In this document: in pieces, positions 17,325 to 26,566 of the stretch
Layout of the letters: every line of letters begins with the position of its first letter
Numbering within the stretch: the stretch's first letter is position 1
NCBI GenBank assembly: GCA_034003325.1
Contig: JAVEYW010000005.1
Location: 156,508-220,507, forward strand
Direction of reading: 5' to 3'
Origin: Desulfobacterales bacterium
GTDB taxonomy: Bacteria; Desulfobacterota; Desulfobacteria; Desulfobacterales; JAFDDL01
Length of the DNA: 64,000 bases
Made by a program: the position numbers and the translations under genes
Notes under the pieces: model-generated
Databases searched by the model: none
Seen by the model: the letters and a program-made list of their open reading frames with translations, nothing else
Told to the model about the DNA's origin: nothing

Positions 17325-18641
17325 TTAGGTGCGTTTTCCCTGTTTAAAGACACGCAGGCGTTCCGGGCGGGGCGGCATGCGACCGTTAAAAAAATCGCAG
17401 GCGCCGTAATAGAGTAGATCCTGAAGCCAATGGCGGTAAAATCGGGGGGATTTGACCCATTTTTTCAATTCCCGAACCGGCGCGAACAACCCGTTCAGAA
17501 AGGGACCGGAAAGTGTTGATGGATCGCGAAAACATTCCCAGTCACAGGCCGTGCAGCTTGCCGAAGTATTGATGGCGGTCTGATTCAGCTGTTGAAATTT
17601 GCCGAGATTTTCCATACCCCGGTAACCGCAGGGAAAGGTATCGCCCTGTGATGCATTGACGAAGAAAAAGTCGATCCCGCCGCGGCATGAATACGTGTTG
17701 CCGAACAGGTCGCCACACTGATTTTCAAGCATATCGAGTGAGCAAAGGGGTGTGAAAATACGAATATCGGCGCGAAAGGCTTGGACCGTCTCTCCAAGCG
17801 CTTTAAATAATAGTGCTTTTTCGTAATTTGTAAATCGCACGATGTCGTCCACCGCGGTGGCGGCGTATACGGGAGATAACCCGCTGTCGGTTTCGCTGTT
17901 TCCAAGGCTCATCGGGTAGCATGCACTGACAATGGTAAAACCGAGTGAAAGGATAAAACGATAATACCTATGAAAGGCGTTAAGGTAGCGTGTGTAAAAT
18001 TCGGCCAGATACGCCGCCTCACAATGAAACTGCGTACGGCTAAGCTCCCGCGTGAGATGCCCGCCCAGGTTGCGATTGATGCCGAGGTTTGCGGAAGGGT
18101 ACAGGCCGCGCGCGTGAAAAATCGGCAACGCCTTTTCCAATCCCCGAATAATGCCCTTAAACCCCCTCATGCCCTCGTGAACTTCGGGTATGAAGGAATC
18201 AATACTGATCCAAAAATTTCGCAAGGGGGTTTCCGCAAGGGCATCGGCGACGCGAGCGATTCTTGAGCTGAACTCGGGGGATTGCGAATATTGAAAGATA
18301 AAGCCGTTGGTGCCGGTCCGAATACAGGGAATCCCTTGCGCGCCGGCGTAAGAAATCAGCGTTGTCAGCTCTTTGAGACGCAACAGCGGTTCGCCGCCCG
18401 TAAAGGAGACCGCCGCAAAACCCTTTTCAGCGGCAGCCCGAAGCATCGGCTTGATCCTTTCGACGGATAAGCTCGATCGGTCAAAGGGTTCGGTGACGCG
18501 CATGCCGCATTGAGGGCAACGGGCATTGCATCGATCGGTCAACTGAATCACCAGTTGGCCGGGAAGCCTTTTGTGCCGCAGCATGGATAAGATTCGGGTT
18601 GCTTTAATTTTGCCGTGAGCGGTCATTGGAAGAGAAGACAT
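17325..18641 (-). CDS. Radical SAM enzyme with C-terminal Cys-rich (SPASM-like) extension
   Basis: CNARCPQCGM (CxxxCxxC) near the N-terminus and GGEPLL. C-terminal cysteines CSLD..NQC, YSCRGG..FPCGYRG and SCTACDWEC are compatible with auxiliary Fe-S clusters. Confidence 0.8.
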   Translation of the reverse strand: MSSLPMTAHGKIKATRILSMLRHKRLPGQLVIQLTDRCNARCPQCGMRVTEPFDRSSLSVERIKPMLRAAAEKGFAAVSFTGGEPLLRLKELTTLISYAGAQGIPCIRTGTNGFIFQYSQSPEFSSRIARVADALAETPLRNFWISIDSFIPEVHEGMRGFKGIIRGLEKALPIFHARGLYPSANLGINRNLGGHLTRELSRTQFHCEAAYLAEFYTRYLNAFHRYYRFILSLGFTIVSACYPMSLGNSETDSGLSPVYAATAVDDIVRFTNYEKALLFKALGETVQAFRADIRIFTPLCSLDMLENQCGDLFGNTYSCRGGIDFFFVNASQGDTFPCGYRGMENLGKFQQLNQTAINTSASCTACDWECFRDPSTLSGPFLNGLFAPVRELKKWVKSPRFYRHWLQDLLYYGACDFFNGRMPPRPERLRVFKQGKRT

Positions 18642-18871
18642 TCTCCTTTGGCGGTTAATCTAAGGCTTGAGAAGGGGTTGAGTTTGTATTCGATTATTCC
18701 GATGGCCGATAGTTCGTTCACGGCGGTTTCAAACAGTTGTTTTTCAATTCGGGACAGTTTTTCCAGGTATTCCCTGCGCAGCCATAACCCGGAGAGAATA
18801 TGTCGTTCACTGCTCATGGTTTTGAACTTGAATAAAATATCGCGCTTGATTTCTTTAATGCTCTTTGCCAT
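18623..18871 (-). CDS. Small hypothetical protein (82 aa), overlaps the radical SAM start by 19 nt
   Basis: AGAGGT RBS 6 nt upstream of the ATG. The pattern ..LFETAVNELSAIGIIEYK.. suggests a winged-helix / PqqD-like (RRE-like) fold, but this is weak. Confidence 0.5.
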   Translation of the reverse strand: MAKSIKEIKRDILFKFKTMSSERHILSGLWLRREYLEKLSRIEKQLFETAVNELSAIGIIEYKLNPFSSLRLTAKGECLLFQ

Positions 18872-18943
18872 TTTCTACCTCTTTTCTTTTTCCGGTGAAC
18901 GGGATGCGCATCCAAGCCAAACGATATTATTGCCGAAGCAGCA

Positions 18944-20749
18944 TTAGTTGGCCAGTCGAAGCCCCAATCTCGGGAACTCCGGTGCGATTTCGCTGATGCA
19001 CAGCTTATCGTCGGATTGTTTGGCGGTCTTTTTCATGGCGGCCAATTTGGTGCCGATGTTTTCGACAGAATAGACACCGCGATCCCCGGGGGGCAATACC
19101 AAGATGCTCGTGCTCACGGTCAACAGCGGTATTTTCTTCTCCTGGCCTTCCCGATCCCGAGTCAAAATGAATCCATCCCGGACGGCCTCGGGCTCATAAA
19201 AGCTTTCAGCGTCATTTTTAAATTGGGCGGCTAACCGCCGAACGCCGGTGATGACCTTTGGGGATACGAGGTTTTTCAGCCCGAGGAAAAAATCGTCTCC
19301 GCCGATATGCCCCACCAGCTTACCCGCGAACTCATCGAAGCTACTGAGAAGCTCGGCAAACCGCAGAATCAACCGATCGCCGTGCCGGAACCCGTATTTG
19401 TCGTTAAACGCCTTAAAATTATCAAAGTCAAAATGAATACAATAGTATTGGTTCTCAAGGTCGCTGAGTGCCGTGGAGATATATTCGTAGATAATCGTAT
19501 TGCCGGGAAGTTTTGTCAGCGGGTTCTGATCTCTGGCGATGGAGAGGTTTTTTTCGTTCAGAATCTTCAATAGGGATTGAGCGCTTAAAAAGCCGATGTA
19601 CTTTAGATCCTCTAAAATAAGCAACCCTTCCAAGGTTTCGTTCTGTGCAAAAATTTTCAACACTTTTTCAATGGAAGTTGTTAAACTCGCAACGGGAAAT
19701 TTGCTGATAAAGCGGGAAAGGCTTTTCCCGAACGTCGGATTTTCCAGAAGTTGCCGGCCGTAACGGGAATAGGCATAATCCTTGAATGCCGACTCGCGAA
19801 TGATGCCAAGCGGCTCCCCGTTGTGATTGATGACGGGGAAAAAAGGCGAGTTTTTGTCTTCCCGAAATTTTTCAAAAACGGTGATGATATCCTGATCCTC
19901 TTGAATAGGCGGCAGATGACGCATTTCCGTTTTAATCAGGGTTTGATCAATGGTGGTGTCATATCGCCTGTCCGACTGGCTCATCAGCTCGATGGTGTCA
20001 TATTTTTTTTGTAATTCGGAAATGTCCGTTTGTGGTTTTTGCACGAGATAGCCTTGCACCAGGTCGCACCCGATGCTTCGGCAGCCGTAAAACTCCTGGC
20101 GGGTTTGCACGCCTTCAGCCACTACCACCGCTCCCATCAGATGGGCGATTTCGACGATACTGGAGACAAAAAGCCGCTTTTTGGCATCCGTTTCGATGTC
20201 CATGATGAAAAAACGGTCGATCTTAATATAGTCCGGCTCAGCGTAATATAACAGTTTCAACCCCGAAAAGCCGCTGCCGCAATCATCCACCGCGATTCTG
20301 AACCCCTGGGTTCGATAGGTGCAAAAGGTTGCCGCAGCCTTTTGCCCGTCAGCCAGTTGGTGCTTTTCTGATATTTCAAAACAAAGGCAGGTATGTGGCA
20401 GCCCCAGCTTCTCCATCTGTCGAATGGTTTGACCGTTTTTATAATCCGATGAATCAAAAAGACGGTTATCGAGATTATAAAATAATTTGGTGAACCGGCA
20501 CCACGCGATATCGGCAAATTTATGGATGGCCTTTTCCCTGAGCCGTAAATCTACCTGATGAAGTATATTTTCGTTGAAAGCCCGGTCAAATAAATTCCCG
20601 ATCGACGTAAAGCCGGCGGCTTCCCAGTTGCGCAAGAGCGCCTCGTATCCGTAGCAGACACCGGAATGAATATTCACGATGGGCTGAAACGCAAAGTCAA
20701 TGCGTTCTATTCTATCGAGCCAATCGTTGCTGATCGCGTCGTTATTCAT
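18944..20749 (-). CDS. c-di-GMP protein: EAL - tandem CBS - degenerate GGDEF (GGDDF)
   Basis: EAL motifs (GYEALLR, DDCGSGFSGL, IKIDRFF, AEGVQT, VQGY), a central CBS pair, and a C-terminal GGDEF-like domain with HIGGDDFFLG. Confidence 0.85.
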   Translation of the reverse strand: MNNDAISNDWLDRIERIDFAFQPIVNIHSGVCYGYEALLRNWEAAGFTSIGNLFDRAFNENILHQVDLRLREKAIHKFADIAWCRFTKLFYNLDNRLFDSSDYKNGQTIRQMEKLGLPHTCLCFEISEKHQLADGQKAAATFCTYRTQGFRIAVDDCGSGFSGLKLLYYAEPDYIKIDRFFIMDIETDAKKRLFVSSIVEIAHLMGAVVVAEGVQTRQEFYGCRSIGCDLVQGYLVQKPQTDISELQKKYDTIELMSQSDRRYDTTIDQTLIKTEMRHLPPIQEDQDIITVFEKFREDKNSPFFPVINHNGEPLGIIRESAFKDYAYSRYGRQLLENPTFGKSLSRFISKFPVASLTTSIEKVLKIFAQNETLEGLLILEDLKYIGFLSAQSLLKILNEKNLSIARDQNPLTKLPGNTIIYEYISTALSDLENQYYCIHFDFDNFKAFNDKYGFRHGDRLILRFAELLSSFDEFAGKLVGHIGGDDFFLGLKNLVSPKVITGVRRLAAQFKNDAESFYEPEAVRDGFILTRDREGQEKKIPLLTVSTSILVLPPGDRGVYSVENIGTKLAAMKKTAKQSDDKLCISEIAPEFPRLGLRLAN

Positions 20750-21014
20750 ACATCCCTTTCCTGCGCCGAATTGGCGCTATCGTGCAGTTATACTTCCTAC
20801 ATGAACCGTGCGGGAAAATATCGGACCAATATTTGGGTTCAATGATGGTTGTGTTAAAAAGAGATTACGCCGGCTTTCTGATTCTGACCGATGGACTCAT
20901 TCGTTACGGGAATCCCGGGATGACATCAACAACATAAATATTTTGCATAATCTTAATAAAAACCAAACAGAGCCGACATAATTATGGCGTATCAATGAAG
21001 AGAGAAAAGGCGCC

Positions 21015-21290
21015 ATGGTGGAAGAAACAGTTAAATGCCCGTCCTGCGGATCCACGGCATATTACCAATACGGCCGGGTAAAGAATGGTAAAAAGAGGCG
21101 CTTGTGTCTGAGTTGTAACCGGCAGTATGTCGTTGAAGGGAGGCCGGCAGATATCTTGAGTCGACCTCGATGCCCGGTATGTAATGCACCGATGCATGTT
21201 TATAAACGGGAGGCGGCCTTGACGCGATATCGATGTAAGTATTATCCCGAATGTAAAACGTTTGTAAAGATCCAGAATAAAGAGGAATAA
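21015..21290 (+). CDS. Double zinc-ribbon protein (91 aa)
   Basis: Four CxxC pairs: CPSC..CLSC and CPVC..CKYYPEC. The second half resembles topoisomerase-type C4 fingers. Confidence 0.55.
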   Translation: MVEETVKCPSCGSTAYYQYGRVKNGKKRRLCLSCNRQYVVEGRPADILSRPRCPVCNAPMHVYKREAALTRYRCKYYPECKTFVKIQNKEE

Positions 21291-21300
21291 GGAGGTATCA

Positions 21301-21669
21301 ATGAGCTACTATGTTCATCATACACCGGGAAGATTGCGAATACGGATTCCCGCGATACGGAACAATCCCCGAAAGGTGGATGCGGTCAAAACGATTTTGG
21401 ATATTCGCGGAACGGAAAGGGTCGAGGTGAATCCGTTGACCGGAAGCGTCGTTATTACTTATGATGCAGCCGTTATCAACTCGCAAGAGCTGTTTAACGT
21501 GTTGCAACATCATGGGTTCTATAGTGAGGGGCGCGCCATCACGCTTGATGCACAAATTCAGCAGGCCAGTCACAAGGCGGCTCGCAAGGTGGGTCGGGCC
21601 TTTTTTGGCTGGGCCGTCGGCAGGGTTCTGGAAGACAGTGGACTGGCGTTCATTGCGGCGTTAATTTAG
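21301..21669 (+). CDS. HMA2-like (heavy-metal-associated-like, no CxxC) domain protein
   Basis: AAGGAGG RBS. HTPGRLRIRIP...VEVNPLTGSVVITYD is the same pattern as the N-terminus of the ATPase at 23486-26566 and of the ORF at 26825-27325. Confidence 0.6.
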   Translation: MSYYVHHTPGRLRIRIPAIRNNPRKVDAVKTILDIRGTERVEVNPLTGSVVITYDAAVINSQELFNVLQHHGFYSEGRAITLDAQIQQASHKAARKVGRAFFGWAVGRVLEDSGLAFIAALI

Positions 21670-21707
21670 TTCGCATCATCCGAATGCAGGTCCAGGGGTA
21701 ACGCCTT

Positions 21708-22259
21708 TTATCCGGAATCGGAGGTGCGGGCAGTATTTCGTTTTTTTTCAAGTCTACCAATCCTTCCTTCAAAGCCTGTTTTTGTTCCGTTTTTTAATCC
21801 ATACGACAACGCCTTGTTACAGAGGATAATCGCTTCATCATAACGTTTATCTTCTTCCATTGCGATAGCCGCCAATTTAAATGTTTCAATGCGCCCGGGG
21901 CGGTCATTTCCGGATTGGCCGATTGCTGTCAGCACGGTGGGAATCATGTCGATGTGCCGGCCCGAGTAGCGGTAGAAGGCCTCTCTGGCGGCTGGTTCGG
22001 ATCGCATGCGATAATATATGGCAACAATTCGTGTAAGAAGCGCGTCTTGAAGCAACGGGTCGTTTGTCGCCTCAAGCAGCGCGGTCATCATCGTTATGTC
22101 TCCGGAAGCCAAGGCGTTTTCAACATTTTCCCGAATCCTCACAATGGAATTTACGTCACCTGCCGGTCGGGATTTTTTTCGTTTTAAAGTGTTTATACCC
22201 TTTAATAGAAGATAAAGGAGCCCCCCTAAGCCGCTTACGGAAATCCAAAAAAAACTCAT
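21708..22259 (-). CDS. Membrane-anchored helical-repeat (TPR-like) protein
   Basis: GGAGG 5 nt upstream of ATG 22259. One N-terminal TM (FFWISVSGLGGLLYLLL) followed by a helical soluble domain. Last gene of the ATPase operon. Confidence 0.5.
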   Translation of the reverse strand: MSFFWISVSGLGGLLYLLLKGINTLKRKKSRPAGDVNSIVRIRENVENALASGDITMMTALLEATNDPLLQDALLTRIVAIYYRMRSEPAAREAFYRYSGRHIDMIPTVLTAIGQSGNDRPGRIETFKLAAIAMEEDKRYDEAIILCNKALSYGLKNGTKTGFEGRIGRLEKKRNTARTSDSG

Positions 22260-22286
22260 AATAACCTCCAAAAGGATCGCTTTAGC

Positions 22287-23468
22287 TTACAACGGGTCGA
22301 TTGCGCCCGTTTTTTCCCATGGAAGCGCAATATCTTCCCGCCCGAAATGGCCGTAGGACGACAGCCTTTGAAAAAAGCCATCCGGATGCCGGGCAGGCAG
22401 ATGCCTGAGTTCAAATGCCTTCAGAATGCCGGCCGGTCTGAATTCAAAACGCTCCTGAACCAGATCGGTTAGATGTTGATCTGATTCTCGTCCCGTGCCG
22501 AAGGTGTTGACCATAATCGATACCGGTGCGGCCAGACCGTTAGCATAGCTCACCGCGACTTCGCAGGATGTCGCCAAACCGGCCGCCACCAGGTTCTTGG
22601 CCGCATACCGGGCCGCGTAGGCGCCGATCCTATCCACCCGCATCGGGTCTTTACCACTGAGGGCCTTACCGCTTTGGCGGGCGTACTCGCCGTAGGTGTC
22701 AACGGCGTTCTTCCGGCCGGTTAGCCCGGAATGATTTAAAGGACCACCCAAATAAGGGCCGTCGGGGTTGACATTCACCCATGTTTTCTCATCGGGTGTA
22801 ATCGCCATGGAATGAAACACCGGGGTGACGACCGCATCGAGCAGATCCTGTTTCAGAATTTCCGTATTCGGGTTGCTCAAGTGTCGCGTGTGAATTTCCA
22901 TCGTGATGCTGTGAATTCGATACGGTATTCGCTGCTTATATTCTACGCCCACTTGAACCTTGCTGTCCGGCATGAGGTAGGGAAGCACCCTTTCTTTTCT
23001 AACTGCGCTCAAGCGCTGCGTTAGCCGATTGGCCAGAAATATGGGCAGCGGCATAAGTACGGGACTTTCGTTTGTGGCATATCCGAATACAGTCACCTGG
23101 TTTCTGGCCGGGATGTTGTTTATTTCGGAATCCGAAAGGGTGCGTTCGTCAAAACGGCTGCTTTCATCGATCGCCGCGGCCTGCGGCGACGTGAGAATAC
23201 TGCAGTTTTTCGGGTTGAATTCCGGCTGATCATACCCGATCCGTTTAATGACCTTTCTGGCCACATGCGTCAAATCTACGGTAACGGTGGAAGCAAATCG
23301 CGCAGCGATAAAGACGATGGCGCCCGAAACGGCACACTCGCAGCGAACCTTTGAACAGGGTTCAAGCGCGAGAAAATGATCCACCACGGCATCGCTGACC
23401 TGATCGCATAGCTTGTCGGGGTGGCCTTCGGTTACGGATTCGGAGGTGAAAACAAAATTATCAATCAT
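22287..23468 (-). CDS. S-adenosylmethionine synthetase (MetK) family paralog with degenerate signature motifs
   Basis: Clear MetK fold (SESVTEGHPDKLCDQVSD, GLTGRK, SGKDPMRVDR, AAYAARYAAKNLVAAGLA, YGHFGRE). However, GAGDQG reads ARNQVT, GGPxGD reads GGPLNH, and GGGAFSGKD reads QSGKALSGKD. Starts 17 nt after the ATPase stop. Confidence 0.8.
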   Translation of the reverse strand: MIDNFVFTSESVTEGHPDKLCDQVSDAVVDHFLALEPCSKVRCECAVSGAIVFIAARFASTVTVDLTHVARKVIKRIGYDQPEFNPKNCSILTSPQAAAIDESSRFDERTLSDSEINNIPARNQVTVFGYATNESPVLMPLPIFLANRLTQRLSAVRKERVLPYLMPDSKVQVGVEYKQRIPYRIHSITMEIHTRHLSNPNTEILKQDLLDAVVTPVFHSMAITPDEKTWVNVNPDGPYLGGPLNHSGLTGRKNAVDTYGEYARQSGKALSGKDPMRVDRIGAYAARYAAKNLVAAGLATSCEVAVSYANGLAAPVSIMVNTFGTGRESDQHLTDLVQERFEFRPAGILKAFELRHLPARHPDGFFQRLSSYGHFGREDIALPWEKTGAIDPL

Positions 23469-23485
23469 AATAGCTCCCCATGGCG

Positions 23486-26400
23486 TTAAACAGGTGTCTT
23501 TGCACCCTCTACTTCAGGTTTTCGAATATGGGATTTCGTTTTTGCCGCTTCATTGAACAACAGGGGTAAAACGGAGGTGCCGGCGATAACGGCCAGATCC
23601 ATCAGGGCGGGCGCCTTAAGGCCCAGCAACGAGCGAAGCGGCGGAAAGACCATTGTCAGCGCCTGCAAGGCCAGAGAGCCGCCGACCGCGATGCGCAGAT
23701 AGGGGTTGGCGGCCGTCTTCCTTCGGCCGAACAAGCTGGCATGCTCCGAGCGGCAACTGATCGCGTGCAGCAGTTGTGCGATGGTGAGGCTCTGAAAGGC
23801 CAACGAAGCAGCCCCGCTTCCGAGTCCGTATCGCGCAATCCCATAGCCGTATGCGGCCAGGGCCCCGCCGGTGATGGCCGCGGACTCGCGGGTCATTTGA
23901 AGGAAATCACCGGCTGAAAAGAGGGGCGCGGCCGTCTGGCGCGGGGGCCGGCTCATTACATCGTCTTCGGCCTCCTCCATCGCAAGGGCCAGCCCGGGAA
24001 AGATATCGGAAATAATGTTGATCCATAACAGTTGCATGACGTTTAACGGGAACCCGATGCCCAAGGCCATGGCGGCCGTCATCAGTATGATTTCGCTGAT
24101 GTTGGTGGACAGAAAAAAGTGAACCGATTTGCGAATATTGACATGAATGGTCCGGCCGTCTTTTAGCGCCAGCGCCAGTGTTTCCAGGTCATCTTCCTCC
24201 AGTACCATATCTGCGACATCCCTGGCCACATCGGTGCCTGTTTTGCCCATTGCAATGCCGATATCCGCGGCTTTGAGCGCGGGGCCATCGTTAATGCCGT
24301 CTCCGGTCATGGCCACAGTGACGCCGGCTGACTGCAGCGCTTGGACAATCTGCAACTTGTGCGCGGGACTGACCCTTGAATAAACGTGAGCCTTGGTGGC
24401 CAGCGCCTTGAGGGTTTCCGGATTTACAGCGGACAGATTCGATGAGTCGAGAATTTCGATAGGCCCGTCAGCGGCCAGATTCAATTGTTCAGCAATGGCA
24501 AAGGCGGTCGAGCTTTGATCGCCGGTGATCATGATGGTGTCGATACCGGCGCGATGGAATACCTGAATCAACGGCTGAACCCCCGGTCGAATCGGGTCCG
24601 CCATTCCCACCAATCCCAGCCAGACCAAATCTGAATCGTTCTCCACTCCCGTATCATCTGAAAACCGCTTATAAGCAAACCCAAGCACGCGCAGCGCCGC
24701 CGAAGCCATCTTTTCATTTTCGGATTCGATCGAGAGCCGCCTTGCGTCCGTCAACGGCTGTACAGCGCCGTTTACAGCCTCGCTGCTGCACATGGCCAAA
24801 ACTTCCGGCGGGCTTCCCTTGGTGTAACCTATCCGGTCATTTTCAGGCGTTCTGTGCAACGTGCTCATGAAAAGGCGGTTTTCGGATCGGTGATTGATCT
24901 CCAATCGGCGATAATCATGATTCATTCGGTGAATGTTAAAGCCGGCATCGATGGCCAGTTGCACCAGGGCTTTTTCAGTGGCGGAGCCGAACAACTCGAT
25001 TTGTCCCGATGCATTCGTCCCGTTGAGCTTAACCTCATGACATAGGGCGCAGGCTGTAATGAGTTGTAACAGGCCCTCATCGGTCGATGGATCGGCTGAT
25101 GAGGCATTGCCGGCGGTCAGACGACCGTTGGCGACGTTGTAGCAATGTTCCCCGGCGCAGATGCGCTGAACGGTCATGAGATTACGGGTAATGGTTCCCG
25201 TTTTGTCCATACATATGGCTTGAACGGCGCCCAATGTTTCCACCGCATGTAAATGCCGGATCAACACGCGATGCTTGCGCAGTTTTTTAATACCGAGAGC
25301 GAAATTGATGGTGGCGGCAGCCGGCAACCCCTCGGGAACGGCGGCCGCCGCCAGGGATATGGCCATTCGCAACATGGTTAGAAAACCATATCCCTGAAGC
25401 AAGCCGATGAGAAACACGACGCTGCAGATACCCCCGCACATGAGCACCAGATGGTCCCCCATTTGCCTCAATTGCCGTTCAATCGGCGTTTCCGGCGTTT
25501 CCGTCCGGTTGAGCATCATCTGAATATGACCGATTTGAGTGGCTTCGCCGGTTGCAACCACCACGGCGAGGCCTTGCCCGCCGGTGACCAGTGTTCCCAT
25601 ATAAGCCATGTTGGTACGGTCTGCCAGCGCGATATCGGCCGCTGTTAACCGTCCGGCATGCTTATCCACCGGCAGGCTTTCGCCGGTGAGCATGGATTCG
25701 TCGATACTTAAATGAGCCGCCGAAAGAATTCTAGCATCCGCGGCGACATAAGCGCCGGGTTTAAAGACGAGTATATCACCAGCCACGACGGATTGGACGG
25801 GAAGCGCCCTTGTTTTGCCATCGCGTATCACCTCGGCATGGGGTCGTACCAGGCTTTTGAGCGAATGGATGGTTTTTTCCGCCGCGCTTTCCGTAAAATA
25901 GCCGACGACCGCATTGGCGACCACCACCCCCATGATCACAGCCGCATCAAATAGCCCTCCGGTCAATACCGACACCCCGGCCGCAGCGCCCAAAAGATAA
26001 ACGGGCAGGCTGTTCATCTGATTCAAAAAGATTTGCCAGCCGGATCTCGGTTCGGCTTCAGGCAGCAGATTCGGGCCGTATTCTTTCAGAAGGGAATCGG
26101 CGAATCGATCGGACAATCCGAGTTTGTCGGAAGAGTGAAGCGTTTCAAGAATGGATCGGCTTTCCATTAAATGCCATTTTGGATTGTCACCTGTTTCCGG
26201 CGGTATCGGCAATGGGGTTGAATTTGTTTTTGGGCGCGCCTGTCTTTGTTTCCCTTTCGAGTTGTCACCCCTTCGAGGTCGAATCACTCGTTGCGAAACA
26301 ACGGAATTTTCCGAGTCCTGGATATATGTTTGAACGATCTGTTGAATGATTACCGCAACCGAATGGTGATTGTTATTCGAATTGTAAGACACCAGCAGGT

Positions 26401-26566
26401 TGCCGGTAATACAGCTTGCAGATGCCTTAATAATAGCGGAATCACGGCTTAGCTGATGCTCCAGGTATTGTTTGACGCCCGGTTCGTGTCGAAGACCCGG
26501 AATTTTAAAACGGGCGCGACCGCTCACCTTGGTATGGAGGGGTTGAATCGATGGCATGCTAAACAT
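23486..26566 (-). CDS. P-type (P2-like) cation-transporting ATPase with N-terminal HMA2-like domain
   Basis: TGES, PEGLP in TM4, CMDKTGTITRN, MITGD and GDGINDGPALKAADIGIAMG. Cation_ATPase N- and C-terminal regions. The first ~80 aa contain GRARFKIPGL...ASCITGNLLVSY. Confidence 0.9.
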   Translation of the reverse strand: MFSMPSIQPLHTKVSGRARFKIPGLRHEPGVKQYLEHQLSRDSAIIKASASCITGNLLVSYNSNNNHHSVAVIIQQIVQTYIQDSENSVVSQRVIRPRRGDNSKGKQRQARPKTNSTPLPIPPETGDNPKWHLMESRSILETLHSSDKLGLSDRFADSLLKEYGPNLLPEAEPRSGWQIFLNQMNSLPVYLLGAAAGVSVLTGGLFDAAVIMGVVVANAVVGYFTESAAEKTIHSLKSLVRPHAEVIRDGKTRALPVQSVVAGDILVFKPGAYVAADARILSAAHLSIDESMLTGESLPVDKHAGRLTAADIALADRTNMAYMGTLVTGGQGLAVVVATGEATQIGHIQMMLNRTETPETPIERQLRQMGDHLVLMCGGICSVVFLIGLLQGYGFLTMLRMAISLAAAAVPEGLPAAATINFALGIKKLRKHRVLIRHLHAVETLGAVQAICMDKTGTITRNLMTVQRICAGEHCYNVANGRLTAGNASSADPSTDEGLLQLITACALCHEVKLNGTNASGQIELFGSATEKALVQLAIDAGFNIHRMNHDYRRLEINHRSENRLFMSTLHRTPENDRIGYTKGSPPEVLAMCSSEAVNGAVQPLTDARRLSIESENEKMASAALRVLGFAYKRFSDDTGVENDSDLVWLGLVGMADPIRPGVQPLIQVFHRAGIDTIMITGDQSSTAFAIAEQLNLAADGPIEILDSSNLSAVNPETLKALATKAHVYSRVSPAHKLQIVQALQSAGVTVAMTGDGINDGPALKAADIGIAMGKTGTDVARDVADMVLEEDDLETLALALKDGRTIHVNIRKSVHFFLSTNISEIILMTAAMALGIGFPLNVMQLLWINIISDIFPGLALAMEEAEDDVMSRPPRQTAAPLFSAGDFLQMTRESAAITGGALAAYGYGIARYGLGSGAASLAFQSLTIAQLLHAISCRSEHASLFGRRKTAANPYLRIAVGGSLALQALTMVFPPLRSLLGLKAPALMDLAVIAGTSVLPLLFNEAAKTKSHIRKPEVEGAKTPV

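Noticed and set aside
14755-18871. Mycofactocin-like RiPP system (RRE + radical SAM/SPASM + glycosyltransferase).
   Set aside because: No precursor peptide ORF is present. The glycosyltransferase is a GT4 fused to PHP rather than the GT2 MftF. No MftD or MftE equivalents are present.
20772-20786. TGGCGCTATCGTGCA upstream of the zinc-ribbon gene, as a sigma54 promoter.
   Set aside because: Spacing between the GG and GC elements is one nucleotide short, and it sits 230 nt from the gene. Not convincing without an enhancer-binding protein nearby.
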